The notes under the pieces: generated by a model
Told to the model about the DNA's origin: nothing
Databases searched by the model: none
The model's input: the letters and a program-made list of their open reading frames with translations, nothing else
Position numbers and translations under genes: made by a program
Part shown: positions 53,001 to 64,000 of the stretch, piece after piece
How positions within the stretch are numbered: the stretch's first letter is position 1
Layout of the letters: each line of letters begins with the position of its first letter
Assembly: GCA_017499595.2 (NCBI GenBank)
Contig: CM039001.1
Span: 3,844,001-3,908,000 of the forward strand
Direction: 5' to 3'
Length of the DNA: 64,000 nt
DNA from: Psilocybe cubensis
Taxonomy: Eukaryota

Positions 53001-54719
53001 ACAAATATAGCGAATCAAATGGTAAAATTCAGGGATATATGTACAATAATACGAAGCGATAGCGATAAACCGAAAGCAACAAGAAAGCAACAAGAAAGCA
53101 ACAAGAAAATGAAGAAAAGATAACAACAAGAAAAACCCGCCGGGGCGCCTAGTCGGTGCGGACAGGAGCGACATCGTATGTCTCGCACATTGCGAGATAC
53201 AGGGCTCGCGCAGGGTAGGTGGCACGTATTTGGGCCTCGATCGCAATATCGTTGAGAACTTTCTTGCGCTCAAGTTCGAAGCGGTCGAGCTGAATTTCGT
53301 GCGCTTCCGATGTACCAGGCCGAGTACGTGCGCTTCGATTGTTGAGAATTTTTTTCAGGGTTTTAATCTCCTGGCGAACGCGGATGAGTTCCTCGAAATC
53401 GGCGTCGTTGGCTGGTGAGTGTTGAGCCTCCATGTCGCTGATCAACTTTCCTCCTGAAAGGAGCGGTAAGACGCTGTTCAAAGCTACAAATACTCACTGG
53501 CATACCGCTACGATTTCGCAGAACAACTGGCGCTTCGCTATTTTTGTTGATGTAGCGAGCTATCGCCCCGAAGGCGGGCCCTCCGTACGTGCATAACCAC
53601 TCCACGATCTCGCATCCCGACGCGAATCCGTATTTGATGCCGTTGACGAAGGAAACGATGGTGGAAAAGATGTTGGAGACTATTGTGGACATGGTACGAA
53701 TATCGATGTTGATAGAGGGCGTGATGAGCGAGGACGATGAATGAATGTGTTTGAGCGAGTGAGAGCGAGTGTGGTGAGTGTGGTGAGTGAGTGTGAGTGA
53801 GTGTGGTGAGTGAGTGGGAGTGTGGTGAGTGATAAGAGACTGCGAGAAAGTTGTTCTGAGAGACATCAATTCATAGAAGGCAATGGCAAACAATGGCAAA
53901 CGAATAAAATACATTGATGTGAGTATATACATTGCTACTACAGTGAAATAGAGACTCAGGTTCTAGAAATAAGAAGGGAGAAAAGCAGCTTTGACTGTGT
54001 AGCATTTGTCAATTTATGTGTATGGTAGTAGGACACACCCGAGCCCCAAAAATACATATATTTCACTCGAAAATACGTTTTTTCTCGCTGAATAAACATG
54101 CGTCACTGATACAGCGTTATTGAATGAAGAGCGTGTTCTCGTCGCTGAATACACAAGCGCCTAAGTAGCGTTGGTGAGGTGTGTCGCTTATCACCGAGAC
54201 GCCAAAATAGCCGTAAAATCGCTGGGCGTGTCGCTCAACGCGCGCCGATCGCGCGTCAAGCGCGCGCTGATCGCGCGAGGAGGCGCGCGCTGAGCGGCAC
54301 GATGAGCGTGTCGATGTCTGTTTGACAATCTGTTTGATTTCAAACAGATATTATGTTTGATTTCTTACACAACTTATGTTTGATGTTTATGGTCGATAAC
54401 ATACAGAATATACGGATGATTTCATGCACAAATTATCAAACAGGAGTTATATTTGGAATCAAACACTATTTATCAAACACAATGTACGTTTGTTATCTTA
54501 CAGCGAACTTGACAGATTTTCTGTCAAGCCCGTGTTCTTTGACAAACAGGCGTCAAACATACGTTGTGTTTGATATCACATGCCTATCAAACATAACTTA
54601 TGTTTGATGCTTGTTTGTCAGCAAACACAACTTATGTTTGACATCAAACATCGTCTTCTTACATAATACGTGTTTGATTGACGATGTTTGACATCAAACA
54701 TGTATCGGAGCCCGCAGTG
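44070..54719 (-). repeat. Right terminal inverted repeat arm (~10.65 kb)
   Basis: Mirror of 4554-15191, with about a dozen substitutions noticed and a 12-nt microsatellite difference. Confidence 0.97.
53149..53692 (-). CDS. Second copy of the TIR-encoded two-exon gene
   Basis: Mirror of 5581-6124, with one D/N difference (KILDN vs KILNN). Confidence 0.7.
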
Positions 54720-54722
54720 AAC

Positions 54723-55427
54723 GATAATTCCGTAGGAATTATTCAAATGATGGTATTCTCAAATTTGATGGCTGATGGGAACAATTCTCACGTCCCAATT
54801 TGGGTAGGCGTCACATTTGAGTCACACGGCTGATCCACGACTGATTATTGTGTGTAACCTCGCAATTTCAATGTTTTTGCCCTACGTTCACCTTTTTCCC
54901 TTCACATTCACAAGCTCTAAACATATTATACATGTGTATTCAATGTAGTTAAATGAAATACAGCATTTTAAAGAATGATCAAAGTTCTATTGATACTTAT
55001 TTAGAACTTACAGAGGTAGATGTTTGTTCTGAATGGGTTAGAATTCAGCTTGAAGGTTTAGGAGCATTTACTGAAGTGTTGTGACTTCCGATTTTACATT
55101 TTTCACTCGTTTAATTACTTTATATTTGTTTATATCTTCTACATTTATTACATTTTATATACACTTGCTAATAGTCAATTGTTTATATAAAGTGATTTAT
55201 TCTTCAACTATCCTCCAGGCATTGGAAAAATGGTTCAAAGAACAGTAACAAATGCAAAAGGATAGATAGCTTACACAGGCGGCCGCTGGGCACATTTTTA
55301 GATGTGTTTCGCCAATGTGTCACACATTTCTATTTTTGGGATGTGAGAATTGTTCCCATCAGCCATCAAAGTTGAGAATACCATCATTTGAATAATTCCG
55401 TAGGAATTATCGTTACCGGACAGACTC
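54723..55427. mobile_element. Body of the PIF/Harbinger-like MITE (~721 bp when rejoined to 4538-4553)
   Basis: 54723-54800 is the inverted repeat of ~55335-55411. AT-rich non-coding interior. TTA target duplication. Confidence 0.85.
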
Positions 55428-55519
55428 TTAAAGAGGTAAATATAACAGAAGGATTTATTAATAATATAATGACACTACTAGCTTGCATACCCTGACTATG
55501 AGTATCGCACATGTCGTAG

Positions 55520-57062
55520 CTATGGTTTATAGCTTGAACGCGCTTTTAGCAATGGATCTACCTCCCTAGGCCCCTCCTCCCTCTGAGCTCGGTCATTTAA
55601 ACTTGTGTACGATGGGGGGATATCTACCACGACTATCTGCTCCACCGGCTGGATAGGTACTTCCCCACTGTCTTCATGTACTCGGGTAACAACTCGGATG
55701 GGTGCCGATGACGCTGGTAAAGAATTTTGCTGGGTTTCCACTTGTCCAACATGTGTTTGCGAGCTGTTCTTTTCGGAGGCTTCGCCTACAGAATCTCCGT
55801 TACGTATTGAGAGAGCAGAGTAATCGAAGAATGGAACAATTGCCATTGCAACAGGACCTGGATCAAGACTGTAAGAAGAAAATCGCTTTGATTCAAGGCG
55901 ACGTTTTCTTCTGCGGTAAAGCAAGAATCCGATCAAACATAGAAGTACTACCAATATGACGCTGACAGCTACCGCAGCTGCAATAATTCCTCTGTGCGTC
56001 TTTGGGTGGCTAGAATTCGATGGTACAGGGGAAGGATTCGACGAAGACGGGTTTGAAAGGCTAGATGATGATGGCTTTGCTGGTGGAGGGGGATCCACAC
56101 TAAGAATTGTCTTTGTACCGGTTACAAGGAGGGACATCAGTGTGAGAGGAGTCGTAGTACTATTCCCATGATAGACGATCTGGATGGTGTGATTTCCAGG
56201 AGCTACCTGATTGGTCTGAAATATTGTTTGCTCCGTTATGGTATCCAGCACCGACGTTGCTAGATTATTAACAGTAAATTTTACTGGGTCGCCTCCATCT
56301 ATTGAGTATGATGCCATGGCCTGAATGTGCGAGTCGTTTACGCCATTTCCACCCAGTCCAGCCACTGATGTGCCTATCATTCAAATAAACATAGGGCCAA
56401 GGGTATCCATCGAAACACTTAACGCACCAGTGAAACTAAATGTGTACGGAGCATCGGGAGTGGTAGTACTTAAGAAATCCGAGCTATCCCATCCCGGTGG
56501 TGCAGCCCCATATGTGAAATCATCAGAAACCGTGTATTCCATAACCCCAACTGTTATATCTTCTGGTTTTGAGAACCCCGACGGCATGAATCTGGCGAAG
56601 TCAAACGCAACTGGGTTGTCTTTGGTACCAGTCACTGTCATTGTGAGAGCGTTTATTGAACCTTCCTGCCACTCCGTCGGATCATACCCAGCAGAGAAGC
56701 GAAAGCTTGGCTGTTCCCCAGGAGCAGTACTTCCTCCAAACGATGAAGATAACGAATCAATTAAATGTCCGTTTGTGGTGCCATTCCATACTCCTGAAGA
56801 GGACGAAAGCCCCCAAAGCTCAATCCCAGTCCCTAAGGCGAGTTCCACTTAATTCAGAAATATTAAAAAAAGAGCTTAGGTGAGCTTTACCTTGAAATCT
56901 AATGGTAAAAGACGCCTGTTGGAAAGTGATATGAGCTGTGTTATTGAACGGCCTGCCGCTGACTGTGTAGTTCAGGGAAGAAGTGTCTGTTATCCATTTC
57001 CCTTCCTCGTATAAGATGCTGGAATCACTGTCGTCGATAATAACACTGTCAGGGAGAGACAT
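55520..57062 (-). CDS. Single-pass membrane protein with Ser/Pro-rich stalk (3 exons)
   Basis: IIDDSDSSILY N-terminus; introns after FQG and FTG; TM helix IIAAAVAVSVILVVLLCLIGFLLY followed by RRRKRR; HEDSG and PPSY in the tail. Confidence 0.8.
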
Positions 57063-57699
57063 TAGGACGATATCATCTACCAGAGACGATTGGAAAAGGG
57101 AAGATAGTCTTTACATTCATAGTGGGAAATATGGGAATAATGTACGTTTCATTTTCCGACGTAGTCAAGCACAGGATGAAGGCATTGATCCATGACAACA
57201 GGTGCTGCCAAAAACCAGACACTGATTAAGCCATTACGCAATCAGACACTCGTCCCCCCATTGAATGTGAAAGTTATGATTGAAGGAGGCTTTGCGAGCT
57301 ATTCCAGGAAAAACGGCATCATTTGCTGACTGCGCCGATTATGTGCCGCATTATGTCATTCAGTGATTGCCGTGATTGCCGTTGATGCGTCTCAACGTCT
57401 TATTGCAGTAATGTTTTATTGCTGTATGTTTAGGTGTTGATAGTCAAGCAATCAATGTACAGACTCTAAAGTTCGCTCCACAGATATACGGACAGCATGG
57501 TGCTATTGGTTGCTTCAGTAATATTGAGTGTGCAATGGAAGGCTCTTGATGCCACAAGCTTCAGGTCTGCACAGTATGCAGTCATCGTGATATACCTCGC
57601 CTTCTCCCTTTAAACATCATCAATCTTTTAAAGTGAAGGGCGTGGATATGTTAAATATAATGATGTTTTGTTTCGTTTAACCGTAACTTACCTTGAACA

Positions 57700-59206
57700 C
57701 CGGTTTCAAATCCCCAGGCCGGGAGGTTTGGAATGAAATCTATCCCACCCATTAGCTTCATTCAGGATTGTCCTTCCATTGTGTGTGTTCATGCATACTT
57801 ACCGAGATTGGCTCCGTTCCTGGTGAGAACTCCAAAATACTTCGATGTGTAAGATTTCCTCTTGCATTCCCGTTTTGTCTCACAGGACGTGCGTTGAGTC
57901 TGATGAACTCCTGATTTCAATTTTTGTTGACGGTGATGAACCGGAAATGACACTTACGATACAAAGAGTGAGTTTGAGTATACTTTGGGGAGAATTAAAA
58001 TCCTCGATATTACCAGATTTACAATCACTCACATTTAGCCAAGATGATGTAAAGTCCAAACCAGATCACTGTAGGCGTTTCCATCGTCAAATTAAGTTTT
58101 TATATTTGTAGTTATGTGCTCACTGTTGGGCATTGCCTGGAACTATATTTTTTTGTTGATTATCACGTTAGCTGACATCAGTAGAGAAAGGTAGCTAAAT
58201 TATCTTACGCAAATAATAACCGCTACCGAGGTCATGCTACGGAAATTATTACCGTCAAGGGGAGCTATAAAGTAACAACTAGATACTGTAGAATGCACCT
58301 AGTTATCAGCCCTGTTTGCAAAGAAAACCTAATCAACTTGTTCAAAATCATGGTCGTTCTAGCCATCCAATTTAGTTATCAGCATCAAACCACGGTAAAA
58401 AAATCTCAAGAGTCTCACGATGTGAGGTTGGTGGGGGAAGCAAATTTACGCAGGTAATACGTCATGCATATTGCAATCAGTATATCCGTCGCCGCCCCAG
58501 AGGTCAATGCAGAAGTAATCAGCCAGTCAAAACGGACACCCAACCCAATCCCATTCACGGGTCCTCTTGGGACGTCGGAAAAGGTCTTCACTGATATGGC
58601 CACACCTCCAATAAATCGTAATAGAGCAAAAACGAGGCAGGAAATGCTGACGGGGAGTCTGTTTGACAATTTGTAAATTCTTAATGAGAAGAAGCACTGA
58701 ATGAAGGGGATTTTAGTCTGATAAAAATCTGAGATTTCTGAGAGAATTGGTTCAAATACCTGGACAATGAGGGTAATAACAATTTCCACCCCCACGCTAG
58801 CTGCAATGGGATATGAATTGGCCTTTGCATGTTCATATCGCGTGACTGTATCATAATAAATGGCCATCGAGGCTGTGAGAGTGTGAAGCGTCTCTAGAAA
58901 TCTAAGTATGGGTAGTATAGAAGATCAGTAGCTCAACTTGTTCTGGTAAAAAAAGTCTATACAGAAGTAAGGAGACCTATAGGAATTTATTGGTGTTAAT
59001 TTGTAGGAGAAAAAAAGTCGACGCACCATGAGCTTTAGGAAAATTCTGTCATTCTCACTTCTCCTGAAGTACGTGTATCCTTGACTTAACGATACGCCGA
59101 ATAGGATCAGAGTGAGGAAAGTGGCAATCTGGACAGATCCAATGTTTTCATTGGAGATTAGTTGAAAATCTATCGGATTTGCGGTGGTGGATATGAGGTC
59201 CACCAT
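57700..59206 (-). CDS. DUF6534-like multi-pass membrane protein, paralog of 2151-3848 (3' end approximate)
   Basis: NIGSVQIATFLTLILFGVSLSQGYTYF, IYYDTVTR, WLITSALTSGAATDILIAICMTYYL. Confidence 0.75.
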
Positions 59207-59652
59207 ATCACAATGTGGGCTGATTTTTTTGGAAACGGCACAAGAAAGATAGATACCCTAAGTAATAGGGATAGAACAGAGTTCCGAAAAAGAGTAAAAA
59301 TCGAAGCTCCAGAGCTCCGGTCCAAGATATGCCAAACACCAGGGTCTATATAGAACGAATCGTAAGAAGAGAAGGGTGAGAGAGCAACGGGGAGAATTAT
59401 GTGATTATATCTAGTGATATGGGAGTCCGGATACTCGGATTACTGTTATCGGCCGCGAAAATACCGCCAATAGTAGACATTGAGTGGCAGATGACAAGTT
59501 GTATCCATTATGATAACTTGTGGCGTTTGATTTGCAAACTACTGCGTAAGCATTTTGTCAAGGATTAACCCAAAACAAATGTATTCATAAAGTATACTGT
59601 GGCTTCATCAGTGTAATTGTAACCTCTTGTTCTCAAGGTATACTGCGTGTAT

Positions 59653-60937
59653 CTATCTACTTGCACCGGAGAAGCATTTGTTTAGATCACTGCTGGACCG
59701 CCCACCATTGATAGATATGTCAATTGGACATTCCCACCATCCATTAGATTGACGTTCTCTTGATGGCGTTAATAGTATGTAGATATTCCGGTGAATACCA
59801 AGTACTAATATGTACCAATGAAGGCAATCGATTATCCTGTCCCAAAATACAAGCAATTTTGTCCATGATAGAAATACACTTGCTCTGAGAGACATCTCGC
59901 GTAGCAGTGGTGAATAATCCACAAGGTACGAGCAAAGTTATCGATTATAACGTCTATATCCCAAGGCCGGGAACAAATATTAAGGACCTGTGGTTTTTCT
60001 TTCACAAGATCCATCTAAAAGATCCCATATTCCATATATGCCCTGCTGTGGCTATAAAGACAAAGGATATTAAGACCATCTAACTGGGTACAGGGTTTGT
60101 GCTTACCAAACTATGGCAACGATCTGGACCACCAAAGTGATGTCCATCAATATCAGCCGGTGTGGTAGCACACATAATTTGCCAACTCGAGCCAGCTTGA
60201 AGATTCTCTAAATGCGATTCAACACGCTGTATAAAGGTCAATTGTGAAGTTCGGTTTGATGAAAGCAACACAAACTCTGAAATGATCCTGTTGGCCTCCG
60301 TTCAAGTATCCACATCCCTGAGAAGGTGCATAGAAGGTATCGATAACGGGTTCTTCCTAGATTAGGCCAAGAAGCCCGGAACGACGTACAAGGTCAATAA
60401 ACTCGCCCCATTTCGTTTCACAGTCGTCTTCCTGGAAGTCCACAATCCAGTACCCCCACACTCCGCGCCCAAAACCCTATAGAAATTCAATTCTGTTAAC
60501 AGACGGAGTCATAATAAAGTACGTACAAGGTCTTGACAAAAATCTGTGAACAGCTTCCGATTGTGAATCACGGTCGGGGTTTCTTTGCACAGTTGTATCA
60601 TGCCTTCCTGCCCAATGGTGTCCATAGAGGGTCCAACCGTAAGTTTTGCAGTATATTCCCTAGTAGAGTACCGCAGACAGTGCTCCCCTCCTTTCAGTCC
60701 GTACCAGGAGACCACGTCCGTTTCTGCCATTGGTTCTTTTGTGTTGACCTTTCCAAGATAGCCGAACCAGAATACGCTGTATATCCAATATTGGAGTATT
60801 CTTCCTTTGGAGCCGTCAAGCAGCTCGAAAAGGAAACCAACGGACATAGACACCGCCAGAAAAAAGCTCAGAACAAAGAAGAAGACCAGTATTGCAAGGC
60901 GGTATCGCATCGCGTGCTGTCTTTCGCAAGCCAACAT
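59653..60937 (-). CDS. Membrane-anchored protein with a repeated Cys-containing domain, unknown function
   Basis: Hydrophobic N-terminus; CLRYSTREYTAKL..C..TP..IH repeated in later exons (e.g. MCATTPADIDGHHF..PDRC). Confidence 0.6.
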
Positions 60938-61884
60938 GATCTCGTAACATGGCTCCTCCGATGCTACAGGATAGAGGGATTTCCGTCTGTATTAGACAAA
61001 TTGAGACCTAAATGATTCTTAAAAGAAATCAGGATGAGGCGCACGGAGACTGGATTGCCATTCACAGATGAAAATAGAAAATAGAGGCCGGAAGTGGAAG
61101 TTCGACAAGAGGTGAGGCGAGGCTTCCCGCTTCCAGTTACCAGTACTAATAAAGAAAAGGATGAAGGAACTTGAAGAACCATGAAGTTCTCCAACAATTT
61201 TATGGGCGTAAAGCGTTCGAGAAGAGGGGCAGAAATGACGAGGTCTAGCTTTCCAATCGCTTCGTTGACACGATCATTGCACACATTAACCGCCTACGAC
61301 GATCCATGGACATGAGGCTGCTCTCTGTTTCCGAGGCATTTGCGCTGCTAAAACGCCTGGACGTCGAACTTCCTCTACACAGAAGATACCTTAATGAGCC
61401 CTCTTACCTTTCAGAATTCAGAAGCAACTACCATTTCTGATTCTTTGAATCCACCAATTCACAAATTTTCCCGGAGCCGCGACACCATAAAGAGTCGAGA
61501 GTTTACTCATGGAAGAGTAAGAATGTATTCTTCATAGGTCTAATCATTCCAAATCGTTTTAAGGAGATTATTAAGTTGAGCTGGAAGAGGCAAGGTTGAA
61601 ACGTTTAGAACATTCAAGATCGGGCAACGTGGACTCTGGAGGCAATAACAGCTTCAAATAAATGGCAATCCCCGGCGGCCTCTCGGACCCTCGGCAGCAT
61701 TAAATTACGGGGTCAATCCTTGAACTGTTACGGTCATGATTATAGGTACGTTTGGCATACCAGTTATTTGGAGAGGAATCAACTCACATATCTGTTGAAG
61801 ATTCGAAAGAAAAGTCGGCGGAAGCTCTGCCTCCCAAGTACAAAGCTTTACTCATGCTCTAGCGCACAACCCACCTGCTCATGA

Positions 61885-62673
61885 TGCCACCCATATAGCT
61901 ATGAAGCAGTCGTGAAAGGGAGAAGAAATGATGCTACGGTCTACACCTTCACCGGATGGCTTCGGGACTCAATGTTCCTAATGCCACCCTCCGATGCTCC
62001 AAATCAGACACCACTATATCGCATTAACGTGGAACTCGATCTGAATCCATTTCTCCCCGTTTCATATGTGACCAAGATCATACGGTATGGTGTCAATCCT
62101 CCCGAAAGTCTCGTCGCAGAGTTTGCGTGAGTGCGTTATCTATTTCTCTTCATTGACAATACCATTCATGAATTCAATTTTAGAATCGCATTGAATAACA
62201 AGCGGGCGGTGTTGAGGATGGGAGATACGTCTACACGGCTGTCGAATGTTTTGTACAGCGTCCACAAGTCTCCAGTAAGCCTCATGTGATTTAGGTCGTT
62301 TCCGGTGGAATTGTATAAATCATGTTGCAGAAACACTTCAACTGGATTCTCGCACATCAATTGCATTGGGACTGCCGTGAGGTTTTGAGAGATGGATCAC
62401 CATTATGTATCGTAGGTACCGTCTTTTTGTTCACGATATGTCACTAAACCCCCTGTATGACCTAAGTGCTACTTACCTGCGCCAAAGGACCCGTCTCTCC
62501 CCGCAGATTCGTCTTCCAATCAAAGTATTAAGATCGCACAATTCATTCCACCACCCCCAGACAGATCACCTCCTCACCCCGATGCGACTCTGACCGTCTA
62601 CCCAACTGGCCATCAAATCATGGATGAAATCATTGTCTCGGCACTGGTCGTCGAGCGAATGCTTACTAGATAA
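61885..62673 (+). CDS. Fungal protein, DUF6593-like; start not resolved
   Basis: PLYRINVELDLNPFLPVSYVTKI and terminal ATLTVYPTGHQIMDEIIVSALVVERMLTR*; GT-AG introns. Confidence 0.6.
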
Positions 62674-62836
62674 AGCGCAGACTACGATGAACGCACAGAA
62701 TTATCGATATACTACTAAATTCTTAAAAAGCTGATTCAGCTTTAGCGGCCTGTACGGCCATTCACCAATCATTGAGGAAACGGAGAGACTTCGCGACAAT
62801 TGAATTGACCTACTAGAAAATTTTCAGCTCTGGACA

Positions 62837-63182
62837 CACGCCGGACAAAAATGCTGACCAGTTAGCCTGGGTGTTGTCCTGACCAGTGACGTGACTAGTA
62901 CCGTGACCAATTACATAGCGTCACATATATGTTGTCACGCTAATTCATTATTAGTAGACTCGACAGTAAATGGCAAATTACTTGATTGTCTTGCGTTAGA
63001 ACTCAGTTCGGAGTAGGAAGAAGTATTAAACAATCAAGTAATATGTTATTTACTGTTGAGCCTACTAATAATGACTTAGCGTGACAACATATGTGTGACA
63101 CTATGTAATTGGCCACCGTACTAGTCACGTCACTGGTCAGGACAACACCCAGGCTAACTGGTCAGCATTTTTGTCCGGCGTG
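62837..63182. mobile_element. Foldback MITE with CAC...GTG ends (CMC/CACTA-like), 346 bp
   Basis: CACGCCGGACAAAAATGCTGACC... / ...GGTCAGCATTTTTGTCCGGCGTG. Arms of ~150 bp cover most of the element. ACA at 62834-62836 and 63183-63185. Confidence 0.88.
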
Positions 63183-63360
63183 ACAGCGAGGGAGGCCCGA
63201 ATACCTGGCATCAACCAAGTCTCTTTTACTGCGCACCTAAGCCCGATTGATGGATGACAGTGATATTCGCAACAGAAGCTATGCTGATTGGAATGGAAGG
63301 GAATGTGTCTACATATAAGCCATAGGAACCCGCTTCGATGTCTAGACTCCCAAGTACAGC

Positions 63361-64000
63361 TTATTTTACACCACGCAAACCCATTCCAACCTTCCGGCTG
63401 ACATGCCCCACAAAGCTCTCGAAAAGTGCCCGATCGTTTCCAAAAATCCACTGATTCTCTACTACATTGACGGGATCAGCATGGGCTGTGTCCGCGAGGA
63501 CTCTACAACTGCAGGTTAGAGCAGGTTGAGAACCAGACAAAATATCGTCTGCGTCCAATGACGCCGGATCAGGTTTTTTACTACTATTCTTGTTCGCCCG
63601 GCTCCTCCGAGCGCTCCTCGACCACGTGTTCTGGCGAGCTTCCACGAAGAAAGAATTTAGTGACGTAGTCGTGTATGAAACACCTTCGATGCCATGCAAA
63701 GTTTCTATTAGTTTTGTGGATACAAGATGTGTTGCAGGGCCAGGGAATGCCTGCACCAGAGTGTTTTTTGGAGGCATACATGGGTATAGAGCATGCTTGG
63801 GTGATATTGATTGAATGCGAGCCATTGTCTGTTCGACATTAATAAGCACTGCATTAGAACACGGGGGTGCGAACTCACGTCTGGCAGTCGAGTATCTGCG
63901 AATGACCAGGCAATCGCCCAGCGGCGCGTTTGGCCTTGCACAAATTCAGTGACGGCGTAGTTCGTTATCTGCATGAGCTATTAGAACGTGGCGCTCCATG
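63361..64000 (-). CDS. METTL16-family RNA m6A methyltransferase, 3' part
   Basis: ITNYAVTEFVQGQTRRWAIAWSF followed by a C-terminal extension with NTWSRSARR and GNDRALFESFVGHVSRKV. Confidence 0.85.

Larger units (their letters stand above)
4554..54719. mobile_element. Giant CACTA/EnSpm (CMC) DNA transposon, 50,166 bp
   Basis: Starts CACTGCGGGCTCCGATACATG and ends CATGTATCGGAGCCCGCAGTG. AAC duplicated at 4551-4553 and 54720-54722. Internal Tnp2-family transposase. Removing the element rejoins a MITE TIR. Confidence 0.93.

Noticed and set aside
4554-54719. Fold-back assembly artefact explaining the huge inverted repeat
   Set aside because: The arms differ by CpG-biased substitutions and a microsatellite length, end exactly at CACTG/CAGTG with a TSD, and their removal restores a MITE TIR. 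Read-level confirmation is still desirable.
4554-54719. Starship, Polinton/Maverick, Helitron or integrated linear plasmid/virus
   Set aside because: I recognise no tyrosine recombinase, protein-primed DNA polymerase, retroviral-type integrase, capsid or Rep-helicase. The termini, TSD and transposase all indicate CACTA.
56378-56383. Premature stop between ORFs 56381-56848 and 55520-56380
   Set aside because: The TGA lies in a ~54-nt GT-AG intron (GTGCGT...ATGATAG); splicing gives FTG-TSV in frame.
63361-64000. Psilocybin methyltransferase PsiM / psilocybin gene cluster
   Set aside because: The long C-terminal extension after AWSF fits the housekeeping METTL16 rather than PsiM, which ends shortly after that motif. 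No PsiD- or PsiK-like genes are in the window.

Overview
Intron-rich fungal genomic DNA. The gene families and the ~50-60 nt introns suggest an agaricomycete mushroom (inference). About 78% of the window is one giant DNA transposon, 4554-54719 (50,166 bp), with CACTG...CAGTG ends and a 3-bp target-site duplication (AAC), i.e. CACTA/EnSpm (CMC) superfamily. Its terminal inverted repeats are ~10.6 kb (4554-15191 / 44070-54719) and nearly identical. Each arm has subterminal TGTTTGA/TCAAACA repeats, one apparently intact two-exon gene, and a mosaic of captured fragments (LINE endonuclease, SFC1-like mitochondrial carrier, Doa10/MARCH6-like, importin-beta-like). The ~29-kb core encodes an apparently intact 5-exon Tnp2-type transposase, an Spt5-like elongation factor, a WD40 protein, a RING-finger protein, a repetitive coiled-coil protein and several unknown proteins. 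Six copies of a hairpin-containing module, alternating in orientation, divide the element into segments. The element interrupts the left TIR of a Harbinger-type MITE, which independently fixes the insertion point. The flanks hold ordinary host genes (cytochrome P450, two DUF6534-like membrane paralogs, other membrane proteins, a METTL16-like methyltransferase) and two more MITEs. All family assignments come from motifs recognised by eye; no database searches were run.
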